Notes under the pieces: generated by a model
What the model was told of the DNA's origin: nothing
The model's input: the letters and a program-made list of their open reading frames with translations, nothing else
Database searches by the model: none
Shown: one piece after another, positions 1 through 10,240 of the stretch
Position numbering within the stretch: the stretch's first letter is position 1
Layout of the letters: each line of letters starts with the position of its first letter
Origin: an uncultured bacterium
GTDB lineage: Bacteria > Omnitrophota > Omnitrophia > Omnitrophales > Aquincolibacteriaceae
Direction of reading: 5' to 3'
DNA length: 64,000 nucleotides
NCBI GenBank assembly: GCA_964606385.1
Contig: CAZSFZ010000002.1
Span: forward strand, 35,119 to 99,118
Made by a program: the position numbers and the translations under genes

Positions 1-673
1 TGAGCGACCCTCCGTGCTCGATCTTGCGGGCGGAACCAAAAATGCGCCGCGGTACTTCCATGGAACGCGCATCCACCCCGCCGGAAAGCGTGCGGCCACT
101 GGAGCGCTGTTCCGCGTTATGCACACGCGCCAAACGCGTCAGAGAATCCACCAGGACCATCACATTCGCTCCTGCCCCGACCTCCTGATACACCTGCTTC
201 ATCAATTCGCGGGCAGTTTCGATATGATGCTCGTAAGGCTGATCGGAGGAAGACCACCGGACCTCGGCCGTCACGCTCCGGCGGAAATCCGTCACTTCCT
301 CAGGCCGTTCGTCGATCAGAAGCACGTAAAGTTTTATTTCAGGATGGCTTTTTGCGACCGATTGGCAAATATGTTTCAAAAAGGTCGTTTTCCCGGATCC
401 TGGAGGCGCCACGATCAGCCCCCGCTGCCCCATCCCGATCGGACAGATCAGATCCATAACGCGCATCGTCATTTCCTGAGAACCATCCTCGAGCCGGATG
501 CGGGGAGAAGGATCGATAGCGGTACTCGCGAAGAACTTCTGTTCCTCTTCATTGACGGTACGATGCGGCTCGGCATGGGCCGGCCGGTGAAACGAACGAT
601 GCGGGTGCGGGGCGGGTCTTCCACGTCCTGAGTGGCGCTCCCGGCGGGGACCGCGATGATCGAAATTTCTCAT
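1..673 (-). CDS. rho: Transcription termination factor Rho, 3'-truncated by the window edge; ATG at 673, only ~95 aa precede the Walker A
   Basis: The minus-strand translation from 673 gives ...RIRLEDGSQEMTMRVMDLICPIGMGQRGLIVAPPGSGKTTFLKHICQ...LLIDERPEEVTD...VLVDSLTRLARVHN...SGRTLSGGVD...PRRIFGSARKIEHGGSL. These match the Rho ATPase core: Walker A, the Q-loop region and the R-loop. The frame stays open to position 1. Confidence 0.8.
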   Translation of the reverse strand, partial: MRNFDHRGPRRERHSGRGRPAPHPHRSFHRPAHAEPHRTVNEEEQKFFASTAIDPSPRIRLEDGSQEMTMRVMDLICPIGMGQRGLIVAPPGSGKTTFLKHICQSVAKSHPEIKLYVLLIDERPEEVTDFRRSVTAEVRWSSSDQPYEHHIETARELMKQVYQEVGAGANVMVLVDSLTRLARVHNAEQRSSGRTLSGGVDARSMEVPRRIFGSARKIEHGGSL

Positions 674-675
674 GA

Positions 676-2478
676 TTAAAGTTTTCCTATTTTCTTTTCC
701 AATGAATTCCACTCCGCCTCGGCGGTCTCGATCTGGATCTGGACTTCTTTCAAACGCGCGTTGCGTTCCTTGGAATAATGGAGGGGGTTTTTCGCCATCT
801 CCGCGAGGATCTTGTCGCGCTCCTCCGTAAAATGCCGCGCGCGACCCTCGGCCTTCTCCATTTGTTTGCGCAGTTTGTTCAATTCCGCTTTTTGGTCGTT
901 CTTTTTAGGTTTAGGAGCTTCCGCGGGAGCGGCCGGAATATCCTTGGCGATAGTGGAGGGCAAGCCCTCATCTTCGCGGTCTTCCTCCTCGCCCCGGGCC
1001 ACCTGTTCCAGATGGTAAACGTAATCTTCATAACTTCCGGGATAGTGAAGGACACGGCCTTTTTTGATCTCAAGGATGTCCGTCGCCAGAAGGTTCACGA
1101 AAGTCCGGTCGTGGCTGATAAAAACGACTGTGCCGGAAAAAGACCGGAGGGCGTTCGCGAGGGCCTCGACCGTCTCAAAATCCAGATGGTTCGTCGGTTC
1201 GTCGAGGAGCAGCACATGGCTTTTGGAAAGCAGGATCCCCGCGAGCACGAGCCTTGCCCGTTCGCCGCCGCTCAGTACTTTGACCTTCTTTTCAACGTCA
1301 TCGCCCTTAAAAAGAAAGCATCCGGCCATATCGAGCACGTCTTGGCGGGTCACACCGTCGGCGCTTTCGCGCGACAGGTACGTGTAAATATCATCCTCCG
1401 GATCCAGCACCGAGAACACATGCTGCGCGTAATAGGCGATCTTGAGCCCTGTCCCCCAGCGAAAGCTTCCGCCCTTGGCGGCCAGGCTTCCCGCGAGCGT
1501 CCGGAGGAACGTAGTTTTCCCTTCGCCGTTATTCCCGAGCACGGCAACATGTTTTCCGCGTTCGATCTCCAGGCCGATATTCCGCGCGATATCTTTTTCC
1601 GGATAACCGATCGTAAGGTTCTCGCAAGCCACGGCCACGCCCGCCTTGGGTTCCACCGGCGGGATGCGGATCTTGACCCCGCTCATCGGGTGAGCGATCT
1701 CGATCGTTTTAAGCTTCGCGAGCTGTTTCATTTTGGATTGAGCCCGGGTCGCGGTCGAGGCCTTCGCTTTGAACCGGTCGATAAAGGTCTGAAGCTGTTC
1801 CCGTTTTTTGTCGACCCCGCGGTTATAGGCCTCTTTTTGAGCGAGCTGTTCTTCCTTGAACTCGAAATATTCTTCGATATCTCCCGGATACAGGGCCAGT
1901 TCGCCGTTCTCGACCTCCAGGGTATGGTCACAGGTCCGCTTCAGGAATTCCCGGTCGTGGGAAACAACAAGATACCCGCCTTTGAAGTTCAGCAGAAAAT
2001 TCTCGAGCAGGATCAGGGTCGCGAGGTCCAGGTAATTACTCGGCTCGTCCAGGATCAGGAAGTTCGGATCCCCCAGGAGCATCGCCGCGAGCTTCACGCG
2101 CGTCTGAAAACCACCCGGAAGATTCCGCACCGATTCTTCGAGCATCTTGTTCTTGAGCTGGAACCGGGCAGCCATTTGGGCGCATTCCCAGTGCTCGCAC
2201 CGTGTCGTCCGCATCAGAAAAGCCAAAACGCTTTCCCCCGGCTTGAACGTATCGTGCTGTTCCAGATAACTTAGGCGCAGGGCGGTGTTGCGGATGATCG
2301 ACCCGCTATCGGCAGACTCATGGCCCGTGATGATGCGGCAAAGCGTGGACTTCCCGGCACCGTTACGGCCGATCACGCCGATCTTCTGGTCGTCACCGAA
2401 AGACGCCGTCGCGGAATCCAGAATGGTCACAGCCCCGTAAGCCTTGTGGAGCTCATTGACTTGTAGAAGAACGGTCAT
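676..2478 (-). CDS. ABC-F family ATPase (tandem ABC domains, Uup/EttA-like translation factor) with a C-terminal coiled-coil extension
   Basis: Two Walker A motifs (GRNGAGKST; GNNGEGKTT) and two ABC signatures (LSGGE-like) are present. There is no transmembrane domain. The C-terminus is a K/E-rich coiled coil. Length is 600 aa. Confidence 0.85.
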   Translation of the reverse strand: MTVLLQVNELHKAYGAVTILDSATASFGDDQKIGVIGRNGAGKSTLCRIITGHESADSGSIIRNTALRLSYLEQHDTFKPGESVLAFLMRTTRCEHWECAQMAARFQLKNKMLEESVRNLPGGFQTRVKLAAMLLGDPNFLILDEPSNYLDLATLILLENFLLNFKGGYLVVSHDREFLKRTCDHTLEVENGELALYPGDIEEYFEFKEEQLAQKEAYNRGVDKKREQLQTFIDRFKAKASTATRAQSKMKQLAKLKTIEIAHPMSGVKIRIPPVEPKAGVAVACENLTIGYPEKDIARNIGLEIERGKHVAVLGNNGEGKTTFLRTLAGSLAAKGGSFRWGTGLKIAYYAQHVFSVLDPEDDIYTYLSRESADGVTRQDVLDMAGCFLFKGDDVEKKVKVLSGGERARLVLAGILLSKSHVLLLDEPTNHLDFETVEALANALRSFSGTVVFISHDRTFVNLLATDILEIKKGRVLHYPGSYEDYVYHLEQVARGEEEDREDEGLPSTIAKDIPAAPAEAPKPKKNDQKAELNKLRKQMEKAEGRARHFTEERDKILAEMAKNPLHYSKERNARLKEVQIQIETAEAEWNSLEKKIGKL

Positions 2479-2506
2479 GATCTAAAATTCTTTTTTATGA
2501 AGATTG

Positions 2507-2535
2507 ATTATGATTTTTTAAAAATAGCGGGGCAA
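2507..2535 (-). promoter_or_regulatory. Candidate sigma70-type promoter for the ABC-F/rho unit (TTGCCC-17-CATAAT)
   Basis: The minus-strand -35 TTGCCC lies at 2530-2535 and the -10 CATAAT at 2507-2512, with a 17-nt spacer. They sit in an AT-rich 83-bp spacer upstream of the ABC-F start at 2478. Confidence 0.4.
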
Positions 2536-2561
2536 TATTTTTCTATGACGACGATGAAATT

Positions 2562-3704
2562 TTAAGCTCGAGAGGCGATGATCTTCGCCACGGCTTCCGG
2601 CGTGATGTCGTTATGCTCGCCGAACACGGAATCCCGTTCCGCGAAACGCTCGCGCACCTTGCGAGCGGCTTCCTTGGCCTGGATCTTGTAATCCCCCAGC
2701 CGCGTCGGCATCTTCAGGGAATGGAAAAAGGCTTCGGTCTTCACGATGGCTTCTTTGGCGGTCTTGACATTCCACACGCGCCGTCCGTATTGCTCCAGCT
2801 TCTTTTTCTTGGCGGTTAGTTTGTATTGCCACACCCCCGGCAGCACGATCGCGAGCGTCTCGGCATGGTCCAGACCGTAAAAAGCGGTAAGTTCATGAGC
2901 GATCATGTGCGTGGACCAGTCCTGCGGCACGCCGCAGCCGATCAGGTTGTTCAGGGCAAGCGTCGCGCTCCACATGAAGGTCGTGCGAGCTTCGTAGTCT
3001 TTCGGCTTTTTCAGGGTCACGGCCGCGACTTCAATCAAGGTTTGAAGGATCGACTCCGCCATCCGGTCCTGAAGCGGGGCCTCGGCCGGGTAGGTCATGT
3101 ATTGTTCCATCACATGGACAAAAGCGTCGACGATCCCGTTACGCGTCTGTTTTTCCGGTAAAGAAAAAGTCGTTTCCGGATCGAGCACGGAGAACACCGG
3201 GAAAACATGTTTCGACGCGAAATAAAGTTTTTCCTGGGTGGCTTTGCGCGAAATCACGGAATTCCCGTTTGATTCGGATCCGGTCGCGGGAAGCGTGAGT
3301 ACGGTCCCGACGGGAATCGCTGTTTTTACATTAGCCCCGCATTCTTTGAGGATGGCCCAAGGGTCCGCGCCTTCAAAACGGGCCGCGGCCGCGATGAATT
3401 TCGCGGCATCCAGCACCGAACCGCCGCCAACCGCCAGAATAAAACCGATCTTGTCTTTTTTGACGGTCTCAACAGCCTTCAGGCACGTTTCGTAAAACGG
3501 GTTCGGTTCGATCCCCGCGAACTCGGTCACGCGAAAGCCCTTCAAAGCCGCCTTCACCTGTTCATAGACGCCGTTCTTCTTGATCGACCCCCCGCCGTAG
3601 AGAAAAAGCACGGGCAGTTCTTTCGGAATACGGTTGGTGATCTCACGGATCATGCCTTTGCCGAAGAGGATCTCGGTGGGATTTTTGTAAGTGAAGTTCT
3701 GCAT
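2562..3704 (-). CDS. Iron-containing (group III) alcohol dehydrogenase family protein
   Basis: A GGGSVLDAAKFIAAAA NAD-binding motif and a His-rich metal site (HVMEQY...H) typical of Fe-ADH are present. Length is 380 aa. An AGGAG SD lies 7 nt upstream of the start. Confidence 0.8.
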   Translation of the reverse strand: MQNFTYKNPTEILFGKGMIREITNRIPKELPVLFLYGGGSIKKNGVYEQVKAALKGFRVTEFAGIEPNPFYETCLKAVETVKKDKIGFILAVGGGSVLDAAKFIAAAARFEGADPWAILKECGANVKTAIPVGTVLTLPATGSESNGNSVISRKATQEKLYFASKHVFPVFSVLDPETTFSLPEKQTRNGIVDAFVHVMEQYMTYPAEAPLQDRMAESILQTLIEVAAVTLKKPKDYEARTTFMWSATLALNNLIGCGVPQDWSTHMIAHELTAFYGLDHAETLAIVLPGVWQYKLTAKKKKLEQYGRRVWNVKTAKEAIVKTEAFFHSLKMPTRLGDYKIQAKEAARKVRERFAERDSVFGEHNDITPEAVAKIIASRA

Positions 3705-3794
3705 GTTCAGCTCCTATGAAAAGACACCACGGCCCTGGACCGTTACGGAAGGCGGCTTCAGGATCTCATGCCGCCAAGGGCCCTGCGCGCCCGA

Positions 3795-5249
3795 TCAATA
3801 CTTGTAATGTTCGGGCTTGAAGGGACCTTCGACAGGAACGTCAAGGTATTCGGACTGTTTTTTCGTGAGTTTCGTGAGCCGGGCACCCAATTTATCAAGA
3901 TGCAACCGGGCCACTTCCTCATCGAGCTTCTTATCCAGGCGGTAGACCCCGGGTTTTTTCGGGTTCAGGGCCAGATCGATCTGCGCGAGCGTCTGGTTCG
4001 TGAAAGAATTCGACATCACGAAACTCGGATGCCCCGTGGCACAGCCCAGGTTCACAAGACGGCCTTCGGCGAGCAGGATGATCGAATGTCCGTCCGGAAA
4101 TACGTACTTGTCGACCTGCGGCTTGATATTGATCCGCTTGATCCCCGGCCATTTCTGGAGCTTGGAAACTTCGATCTCATTGTCAAAATGTCCGATGTTG
4201 CAGACGATCGCCTCGTCTTTCATCCTGGACATGTGTTCAGCCGTGATCACGTCGATATTGCCTGTCGTGGTCACGTAAATATCGCCGATATCAAGCACAT
4301 CCTCGAGGCGCGCGACCTGGTAGCCGGCCATGGACGCCTGAAGGGCGCAGATCGGATCGATCTCCGTCACGATCACGCGGGCTTTAAGTTCCGCCAGGGA
4401 CTGGGCGCTGCCTTTTCCAACATCGCCATAGCCCAAGACCACCGCGACTTTCCCGGCGATCATGACGTCCGTCGCGCGTTTGATACCGTCCACAAGGGAC
4501 TCGCGGCAGCCGTAAAGATTATCGAACTTGGATTTGGTCACGGAATCGTTCACGTTGATCGCGGGAACCAGGAGTTTTCCCTGTTCCTGCATTTTGTAAA
4601 GACGGTGAACGCCCGTCGTCGTTTCTTCCGAAACGCCTTCCCATTCCTTCACAACACCATGCCACTTCTTGGGTTCGCTCTTGAGGACTTGCTTGAGCAG
4701 CTTGAAAAGCTCGATCTCATCCTGCGTCTCGACTTTCTTATCAAGGAGCTTCGGGTTCTTTTCCGCATCATAACCCAGATGGATCATGAGCGTCGCATCC
4801 CCGCCGTCATCCACGATCAGGTTCGGCCCCTTGCCCCCCGGAAAATTGAGCGCCTGGAGCGTGCACCACCAGTAATCGGCGAGCGTCTCCCCTTTCCACG
4901 CGAAGACCGGAATGCCTTTGGCCGCAATGGCCGCGGCAGCATGGTCCTGGGTGGAGAAGATATTGCAGGAACACCACCGCACGTCCGCCCCGAGTTCCAC
5001 GAGCGTCTCGATCAGGACCGCGGTCTGGATGGTCATGTGGAGACTGCCCATGATCCGCTTGCCATTGAGCGGCTTTTTCGGCCCGTACTTCGCGCGGGTC
5101 GCCATGAGCCCCGGCATTTCTTTCTCGGCCATAACGATCTCTTTACGGCCCCAATCAGCCAGCGAGAGATCGGCGACCTTGAAGTCCTGCGTTTTCTTGG
5201 AAGAAACCTTCTTTTTCATGGTTTTCTCTTTTTTCTCCAGCGTTAGCAT
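3795..5249 (-). CDS. ahcY: Adenosylhomocysteinase (S-adenosyl-L-homocysteine hydrolase)
   Basis: The N-terminus reads [17 protein letters not shown], followed by a central NAD-binding region ([10 protein letters not shown]) and a [13 protein letters not shown]-terminus. Length is 484 aa. An AAGGTAGGGG SD lies upstream of the ATG at 5249. Confidence 0.9.
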   Translation of the reverse strand: MLTLEKKEKTMKKKVSSKKTQDFKVADLSLADWGRKEIVMAEKEMPGLMATRAKYGPKKPLNGKRIMGSLHMTIQTAVLIETLVELGADVRWCSCNIFSTQDHAAAAIAAKGIPVFAWKGETLADYWWCTLQALNFPGGKGPNLIVDDGGDATLMIHLGYDAEKNPKLLDKKVETQDEIELFKLLKQVLKSEPKKWHGVVKEWEGVSEETTTGVHRLYKMQEQGKLLVPAINVNDSVTKSKFDNLYGCRESLVDGIKRATDVMIAGKVAVVLGYGDVGKGSAQSLAELKARVIVTEIDPICALQASMAGYQVARLEDVLDIGDIYVTTTGNIDVITAEHMSRMKDEAIVCNIGHFDNEIEVSKLQKWPGIKRINIKPQVDKYVFPDGHSIILLAEGRLVNLGCATGHPSFVMSNSFTNQTLAQIDLALNPKKPGVYRLDKKLDEEVARLHLDKLGARLTKLTKKQSEYLDVPVEGPFKPEHYKY

Positions 5250-6430
5250 GCCGCCCCTACCTTGGTGCAGGCGCAGCCGCCCTTGAGCTTCAGAGCCTTC
5301 CGGAGCTCGTCGACCTTATCCGTTTTTTCCCAGGTGAACCCGGCTTCGCTGCGGCCAAAATGACCGTAAGCGGCGGTCTTGTTATAGATCGGACGACGAA
5401 GGTCCAAAGTGCTGATGATCCCGCGCGGCGTGAAATCGAACACCTTCGTGACGGCATCCGTGATCGCTTCTTCGCTGACCTTGTTCGTCCCGAACGTGTC
5501 CACGCGGATCGAAACGGGCTTGGCCACGCCGATCGCGTAAGAAACCTGGATCTCGCAGCTGCCCGCGAGGCCCGCGGCGACGATGTTCTTCGCCACGTAA
5601 CGCGCGAAATAGGCAGCCGAACGGTCGACCTTGGACGGATCTTTGCCGCTGAACGCGCCGCCGCCATGACGTCCCATGCCGCCATAGGTGTCGACAATGA
5701 TCTTGCGGCCCGTGAGACCGGTATCGCCATGGGGACCACCGACTTCAAAGCGGCCTGTCGGATTGATGAAGATCTTGGTATTCTTATCCATGAGCTTCGC
5801 GGGGATCACTTTTTTGATCACTTTTTCCGTGAGGTCTCTTTGGATGGTCGAGAGCTGGACGTCGCCGTCATGCTGGGAAGAAAGCACCACCGCTTCCACG
5901 CGCACCGGCTTTTCATTATCGTATTCGACCGTGACCTGGCTCTTGGAGTCCGGCCGCAGGTACTTGATCTCGCCTTTTTTACGGACCGCCGTAAGATAGC
6001 GGACCAGTTTTTGCGCCAACATGATCGGAAGCGGCATCAGCTCTTCAGTCTCATCCGTCGCATAACCGAACATCATGCCCTGGTCCCCGGCGCCGCCGGT
6101 ATCCACGCCCATCGCGATATCGGGCGACTGCGTGTGCAGTGCGACATCGATCTTGCAGGTCTTGTAGTCAAAGCCGATCTTGGAATCCACATAACCGATC
6201 TTCTTGATCACATCGCGCGCGACTTTTTCCGCGTCGACCTTGCCTTTGCTCGTGATCTCACCGGCGATGGTCATGCGGTCCGTCGTGGCAAGGCATTCGC
6301 AGGCCACGCGGGAGGCCGGGTCCTGGGCCAGATAAGCGTCCAGGATCGCGTCCGAGACCTGGTCGCAAACCTTGTCCGGATGCCCTTCAGAAACCGATTC
6401 GGAAGTGAAGAAATAGTGCCCTTTTTTCAT
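5243..6430 (-). CDS. metK: S-adenosylmethionine synthetase
   Basis: The protein begins [32 protein letters not shown] and contains the GGGAFSGKD motif. The listed ORF was trimmed to the internal ATG at 6430, which has an AAAGGAG SD. The N-terminal 136 codons of the listed ORF are non-coding read-through. Confidence 0.9.
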   Translation of the reverse strand: MKKGHYFFTSESVSEGHPDKVCDQVSDAILDAYLAQDPASRVACECLATTDRMTIAGEITSKGKVDAEKVARDVIKKIGYVDSKIGFDYKTCKIDVALHTQSPDIAMGVDTGGAGDQGMMFGYATDETEELMPLPIMLAQKLVRYLTAVRKKGEIKYLRPDSKSQVTVEYDNEKPVRVEAVVLSSQHDGDVQLSTIQRDLTEKVIKKVIPAKLMDKNTKIFINPTGRFEVGGPHGDTGLTGRKIIVDTYGGMGRHGGGAFSGKDPSKVDRSAAYFARYVAKNIVAAGLAGSCEIQVSYAIGVAKPVSIRVDTFGTNKVSEEAITDAVTKVFDFTPRGIISTLDLRRPIYNKTAAYGHFGRSEAGFTWEKTDKVDELRKALKLKGGCACTKVGAAC

Positions 6431-6437
6431 GATAGTC

Positions 6438-7196
6438 TTACTCCTTTGGATTTGTTGGGGTATTGACGATGGCGTTGGCTTTCTGATAAGAGACGAGGTC
6501 ACCGATATCCAACCATTTTCCCTTAAGAGAAAAAGCAAAAAGGCCCGATGTTTCCGCCAGCCAACGCATATAATGGCCAGGTTGGTCGGTATTATGGCCG
6601 CTTGAGATATACCTGTCAAGCAGGCTGAAAGTCTCCTTGGGAAGCCAGTAAATGCCGCTCGAGGCGAGCGTGGTGGTCGGCTGGGGCGGTTTTTCCTGGA
6701 ACTCCAGGATCTTCCCTTCCTGATCGGTCCGGACGAGGCCGTACCGTTTGGCGAGCTCCTTGTCCCCGACGTCATAGACGGCGATGACCCCGTGCGGACG
6801 CTTCTTTTGGCCGAAATCCACAAAAGAGGCCAGGTCAAAATCGAAGAAATTATCGCCCGCGATCACCAAAAGATCGCAGGGATCGACCTTTTCCGTCTTA
6901 ATGACGTAGGCCAGGTCCCCGATCGCCCCGAGCCGGGTCTCATTACTCGTCGTCTGATCGTTCACGACCTTGACCGGCCAGGGATATTTCGCCTTCGAGA
7001 CCCAGGATTCGAAATGTCCGGCAAACTTCTGATTGCTTACAAGATACACCGTCTCCACGCCAGAAACCTTCTGCACGCGTTCGAGGATCCATTCGAGAAT
7101 GGGTTTATTCCCCACGGGAAGTAAAGGCTTGGGGGTGTTTTCGGTCAAAGGATAAAGACGCGTCGCGTATCCCGCGCAAAGAATAATGACTTTCAT
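6438..7196 (-). CDS. Sugar-phosphate nucleotidyltransferase (NTP_transferase fold; mannose-1-P / heptose-1-P guanylyltransferase-like)
   Basis: The N-terminus reads [35 protein letters not shown], a GXGTRL nucleotidyltransferase signature. Length is 252 aa. Confidence 0.7.
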   Translation of the reverse strand: MKVIILCAGYATRLYPLTENTPKPLLPVGNKPILEWILERVQKVSGVETVYLVSNQKFAGHFESWVSKAKYPWPVKVVNDQTTSNETRLGAIGDLAYVIKTEKVDPCDLLVIAGDNFFDFDLASFVDFGQKKRPHGVIAVYDVGDKELAKRYGLVRTDQEGKILEFQEKPPQPTTTLASSGIYWLPKETFSLLDRYISSGHNTDQPGHYMRWLAETSGLFAFSLKGKWLDIGDLVSYQKANAIVNTPTNPKE

Positions 7197-8170
7197 TTCA
7201 TCGCCTCCTTGATCCGGTCGATCATGCAGATGGACATCGGATCGACCTTATAAAGTTTCGCGAGCTCGCAGCTCGCCCAGTCCCCGAGAAGGATCATGGA
7301 AAAGATACGGGCCAGGGCCCCTTCCCCGCGCGCCTTGAACTCAACAACTTCGGCGCCCTGTTCCCGGATCGCCTGCATCGCGACCTTCTTCTTCCTGCGA
7401 AGCCAATCCGGCTCATTGCGGTCCGTCAGGAAAATGGCGGCCGATCGCGCGATCTTGAATTTCGGGAATCCCCACCCTTCGATCTCATGGTGGAACATCT
7501 CGGGCAACGCCTCGCAGGAGGCAAGCGTTTTCGCGTTCTCCGCGAATTGCGTGCGCCAACGGAGCGCCACCGACTGCATCAGGCCCCCGCCATAGATCGC
7601 GATATTCTTGTTCAAGAGCCGTTTCGCGAGTTTGCGCGCTTCCGCGGCCGGGAAATGATGGACCTCTTGAAGTACTTCCCGGATCTCTTGGGTGGAAACG
7701 GAGAACCACCGATAACGCATAAAAAGAAAAAGCAACGAGAAGGTGGTGTAGCCGATCGCAAAACGCGGCGGGTAGCCCTGAGGCAGACGAAAGAAAGGGA
7801 TCTTTCTTTTCAGCGCTTCCTTGGCGAGCCATCCCCCCGAAGCCACCACAAGAAAATGCGCCTTGCGTGCAACCGCCTGTTCAAAGATCGCCTCCACTTC
7901 GTGCGTGTTCCCCGAGTAGCTCGAAAGAATCACGATCGTCCTGGAATCGACCCATTCGGGAAGCCGCGATGTCCGGTTCACGGTCCAATGAATGCGCGAA
8001 CGGCTCTGCGCGATCGTCCCGAGGATATCGCCGCTAATGGCGGAACCGCCCATCCCGCAATAAAGGACCTTTTCCGGTCTTTTGATAAACGAGGCCGGCA
8101 GGCTGATCCCCTTGGCGATCGCGCGGGCCTTGGTGATCTGGTGGGCTAAATCTTTTAGATACACTTCCAT
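7193..8170 (-). CDS. SIS-domain sugar isomerase, bifunctional phosphoglucose/phosphomannose isomerase-like
   Basis: Length is 325 aa with a two-SIS architecture. It contains CGMGGSAISGD and SYSGNTHE motifs. Confidence 0.6.
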   Translation of the reverse strand: MEVYLKDLAHQITKARAIAKGISLPASFIKRPEKVLYCGMGGSAISGDILGTIAQSRSRIHWTVNRTSRLPEWVDSRTIVILSSYSGNTHEVEAIFEQAVARKAHFLVVASGGWLAKEALKRKIPFFRLPQGYPPRFAIGYTTFSLLFLFMRYRWFSVSTQEIREVLQEVHHFPAAEARKLAKRLLNKNIAIYGGGLMQSVALRWRTQFAENAKTLASCEALPEMFHHEIEGWGFPKFKIARSAAIFLTDRNEPDWLRRKKKVAMQAIREQGAEVVEFKARGEGALARIFSMILLGDWASCELAKLYKVDPMSICMIDRIKEAMK

Positions 8171-9918
8171 TATTCGTCGGCAAGCTCCTCACAAACGTCT
8201 TTGAGCTTTTCCCTGAGAAACGCGTAGGTCTCTTTCCCCGTGCGGAACGCGAGGGCCCGCTGGGCGAATTCCGTCGCGTCGGCATACCGGATCGAACGGA
8301 TCGCTTTTTTGATCTTGGGGAGCATGACCGGGCTCGCGCTGATCTCGTCGATCCCGAGCCCCACAAGCAGGATCGCGATCGCGGGGTCCGAAGACATCTC
8401 CCCGCAGCTTCCCACCCAGATATTGTGGCCGTGACCGTTCCGGATCGTGATATCGATCAATCTCAGGATCGCCGGATGGGTCGGCTCGTAAAGATGCGCG
8501 ATCTTTTCGTTCATGCGGTCGATCGCGAGCACGTACTGGATCAGGTCGTTCGTCCCCAGCGAAAAAAAATCCACTTCCTTGGCGAGCACATCGCTCGCGA
8601 GGGCCGCCGAAGGGATCTCGATCATCGCCCCGACCTGGATCTCCTTATTGAACGGAATGCCTTCCTTTTCAAGTTCGGCTTTGGCGGCGTCCAGGATCTC
8701 GCGCGCCGCGCGCACCTCGTAAACCCCCGTTACCATCGGATACATGATCTTCAGATTGCCGTGAACGCTCGCGCGCAGGATCGCCCGCAACTGCGTCTTG
8801 AAAATGTCCGTGCGGGTCAGGCAAAACCGGATCGCCCGCCATCCCAGGTAAGGGTTCATTTCATGAGGGATCTCCAGCGTGGAAGCGAACTTGTCGCCGC
8901 CGAGGTCGAGCGTGCGGATCACCACCGGATGCGGGTGCATCGATTCCGCGATCTTGCGGTAGGCCTCGTATTGTTCTTGCTCGGTCGGGAGCGTCGAGCG
9001 GTTCATATAAAAATATTCCGTCCTGAAAAGGCCAACCCCTTCGCCGCCATGGGAAGTGACCGATGCTGCTTCATGATGAAACTCGATATTCGCGGCCAGC
9101 GTGATGCGCTTTCCGTCGAGCGTTTCCGCCGGCAGGTCGCGCAGTTTTTCGAGCTCCCCGCTTAACTGATGGAAGCGGGTCTCCTGGGAATTGAACTTGT
9201 TGATCGTGGCCTGGTCGGGATTGATGACAACGACCCCGTGCGTTCCGTCCACGATGATCGTGTCGCCGTCCTGAAGTTCGTTCACGATCTTCTCGAGGCC
9301 TACCACGGCAGGGATCTCAAGCGAACGCCCGAGGATCGCGGTATGTGATGTGGCCCCGCCGATCTCCGTCACGAACGCCATCACCTTGTTCCTGTCGAGC
9401 GAAGCCGTATCGGAAGGCGAAAGATCGTGCGAAGCGATGATTACTTTGCCTTCAAATTCTTCAAGGCGTTTTTTCTCTTCCCCGCAGAGATTGGAAAGCA
9501 GGCGCTTGCCCACGTCGCGGATATCGGAGATACGTTCCTTCAGGTATTCATCATTGATCTGGGAAAAAGCCTGGAAATAGCGCTGGATCACGGCCGCGAA
9601 GGCGTACTCCGCCCCCACTTTTTCGTTCTTGATCACCTCGATCACGTCTTCGATCAGGGTCCGGTCTTCGAGGATCAAAAGGTGCGCGGTAAAGATGTCC
9701 GAACTTTCGCGGCCGATCTGGTCGGAAAGTTTCCGGCGAATGCCGAGGATCTCGGTGCGGGTGCGCGTCAGCGCTTCCTCGAACCGGGCGATCTCGTTGG
9801 AGATCTGCTCGGGCCCGACCGATCTTTTGGGAAGGTTAAAGGAGCCCCCGCTATGCAGCACGAACACCTTGCCGATCGCGATGCCGGGAGAGACCCCGAT
9901 CCCCTTGTAGTCCGTCAT
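8170..9918 (-). CDS. ptsI: Phosphoenolpyruvate-protein phosphotransferase (PTS enzyme I)
   Basis: The N-terminal phospho-His domain (GGATSHTAILGRSLEIPAVVG) and a C-terminal PEP-utilizing domain are present. Length is 582 aa. Confidence 0.9.
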   Translation of the reverse strand: MTDYKGIGVSPGIAIGKVFVLHSGGSFNLPKRSVGPEQISNEIARFEEALTRTRTEILGIRRKLSDQIGRESSDIFTAHLLILEDRTLIEDVIEVIKNEKVGAEYAFAAVIQRYFQAFSQINDEYLKERISDIRDVGKRLLSNLCGEEKKRLEEFEGKVIIASHDLSPSDTASLDRNKVMAFVTEIGGATSHTAILGRSLEIPAVVGLEKIVNELQDGDTIIVDGTHGVVVINPDQATINKFNSQETRFHQLSGELEKLRDLPAETLDGKRITLAANIEFHHEAASVTSHGGEGVGLFRTEYFYMNRSTLPTEQEQYEAYRKIAESMHPHPVVIRTLDLGGDKFASTLEIPHEMNPYLGWRAIRFCLTRTDIFKTQLRAILRASVHGNLKIMYPMVTGVYEVRAAREILDAAKAELEKEGIPFNKEIQVGAMIEIPSAALASDVLAKEVDFFSLGTNDLIQYVLAIDRMNEKIAHLYEPTHPAILRLIDITIRNGHGHNIWVGSCGEMSSDPAIAILLVGLGIDEISASPVMLPKIKKAIRSIRYADATEFAQRALAFRTGKETYAFLREKLKDVCEELADE

Positions 9919-9922
9919 TGGT

Positions 9923-10240
9923 TTATTCTCCGAAATTCGATTCGATCAATTTGGCAAGGGCTTCCATGGCCGCTTCGGCGTCCTTGCCGGTCACCCGCAC
10001 GGTGATCGAGGAACCCATTTCCGCCGCGAGCGTCATGATGCCCATGATCGACTTGCCGTCGATCTTGAGATCTTCTTTTTGAACTTCCACCGAAGCCTCG
10101 AACCGGTTCGCGGTCTGGACAAAGACCGCGGCGGGACGGGCGTGAAGCCCTAATTTATTCCCGATCACAAAGGTCCTTTCGACCGGCTCCGGGCCGGATC
10201 TCTTTTTCCGTTTGTTCATACCCGCGTCATTCTTCGGCAT
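9923..10240 (-). CDS. ptsH: Phosphocarrier protein HPr
   Basis: FVIGNKLGLHARPAAVFV contains the active-site His. The GIMTLAA motif is present. An SD (CAGGAGC) precedes the ATG at 10240; an alternative start lies at 10219. Confidence 0.8.
   Translation of the reverse strand: MPKNDAGMNKRKKRSGPEPVERTFVIGNKLGLHARPAAVFVQTANRFEASVEVQKEDLKIDGKSIMGIMTLAAEMGSSITVRVTGKDAEAAMEALAKLIESNFGE

Noticed and set aside
778-2274. Long plus-strand ORFs antisense to real genes (e.g. 778-2274, 3768-5246, 5360-6466, 35712-37163, 46850-48001, 48527-50233, 52135-53238 and many others)
   Set aside because: Their translations are Arg/Pro/Gly-rich with no recognisable motifs. Each lies exactly opposite a well-supported minus-strand gene. 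High GC suppresses stop codons in antisense frames.
3705-3794. GC hairpin (ggcggc...gccgcc) after the ahcY stop as a terminator
   Set aside because: The stem is short with no U-tract. A strong SD for the downstream ADH gene follows, so operon read-through is more likely.
5243-6838. Over-long N-terminal extensions of the listed ORFs for metK (531 aa), eno (526 aa), pdxA (419 aa), DUF3108 (382 aa), the 4Fe-4S protein (340 aa), surA (347 aa), ftsB (196 aa) and DUF1846
   Set aside because: Each extension overlaps the preceding gene in another frame and is low-complexity. A conserved N-terminus with an SD-preceded internal ATG exists in each case, so the starts were trimmed.
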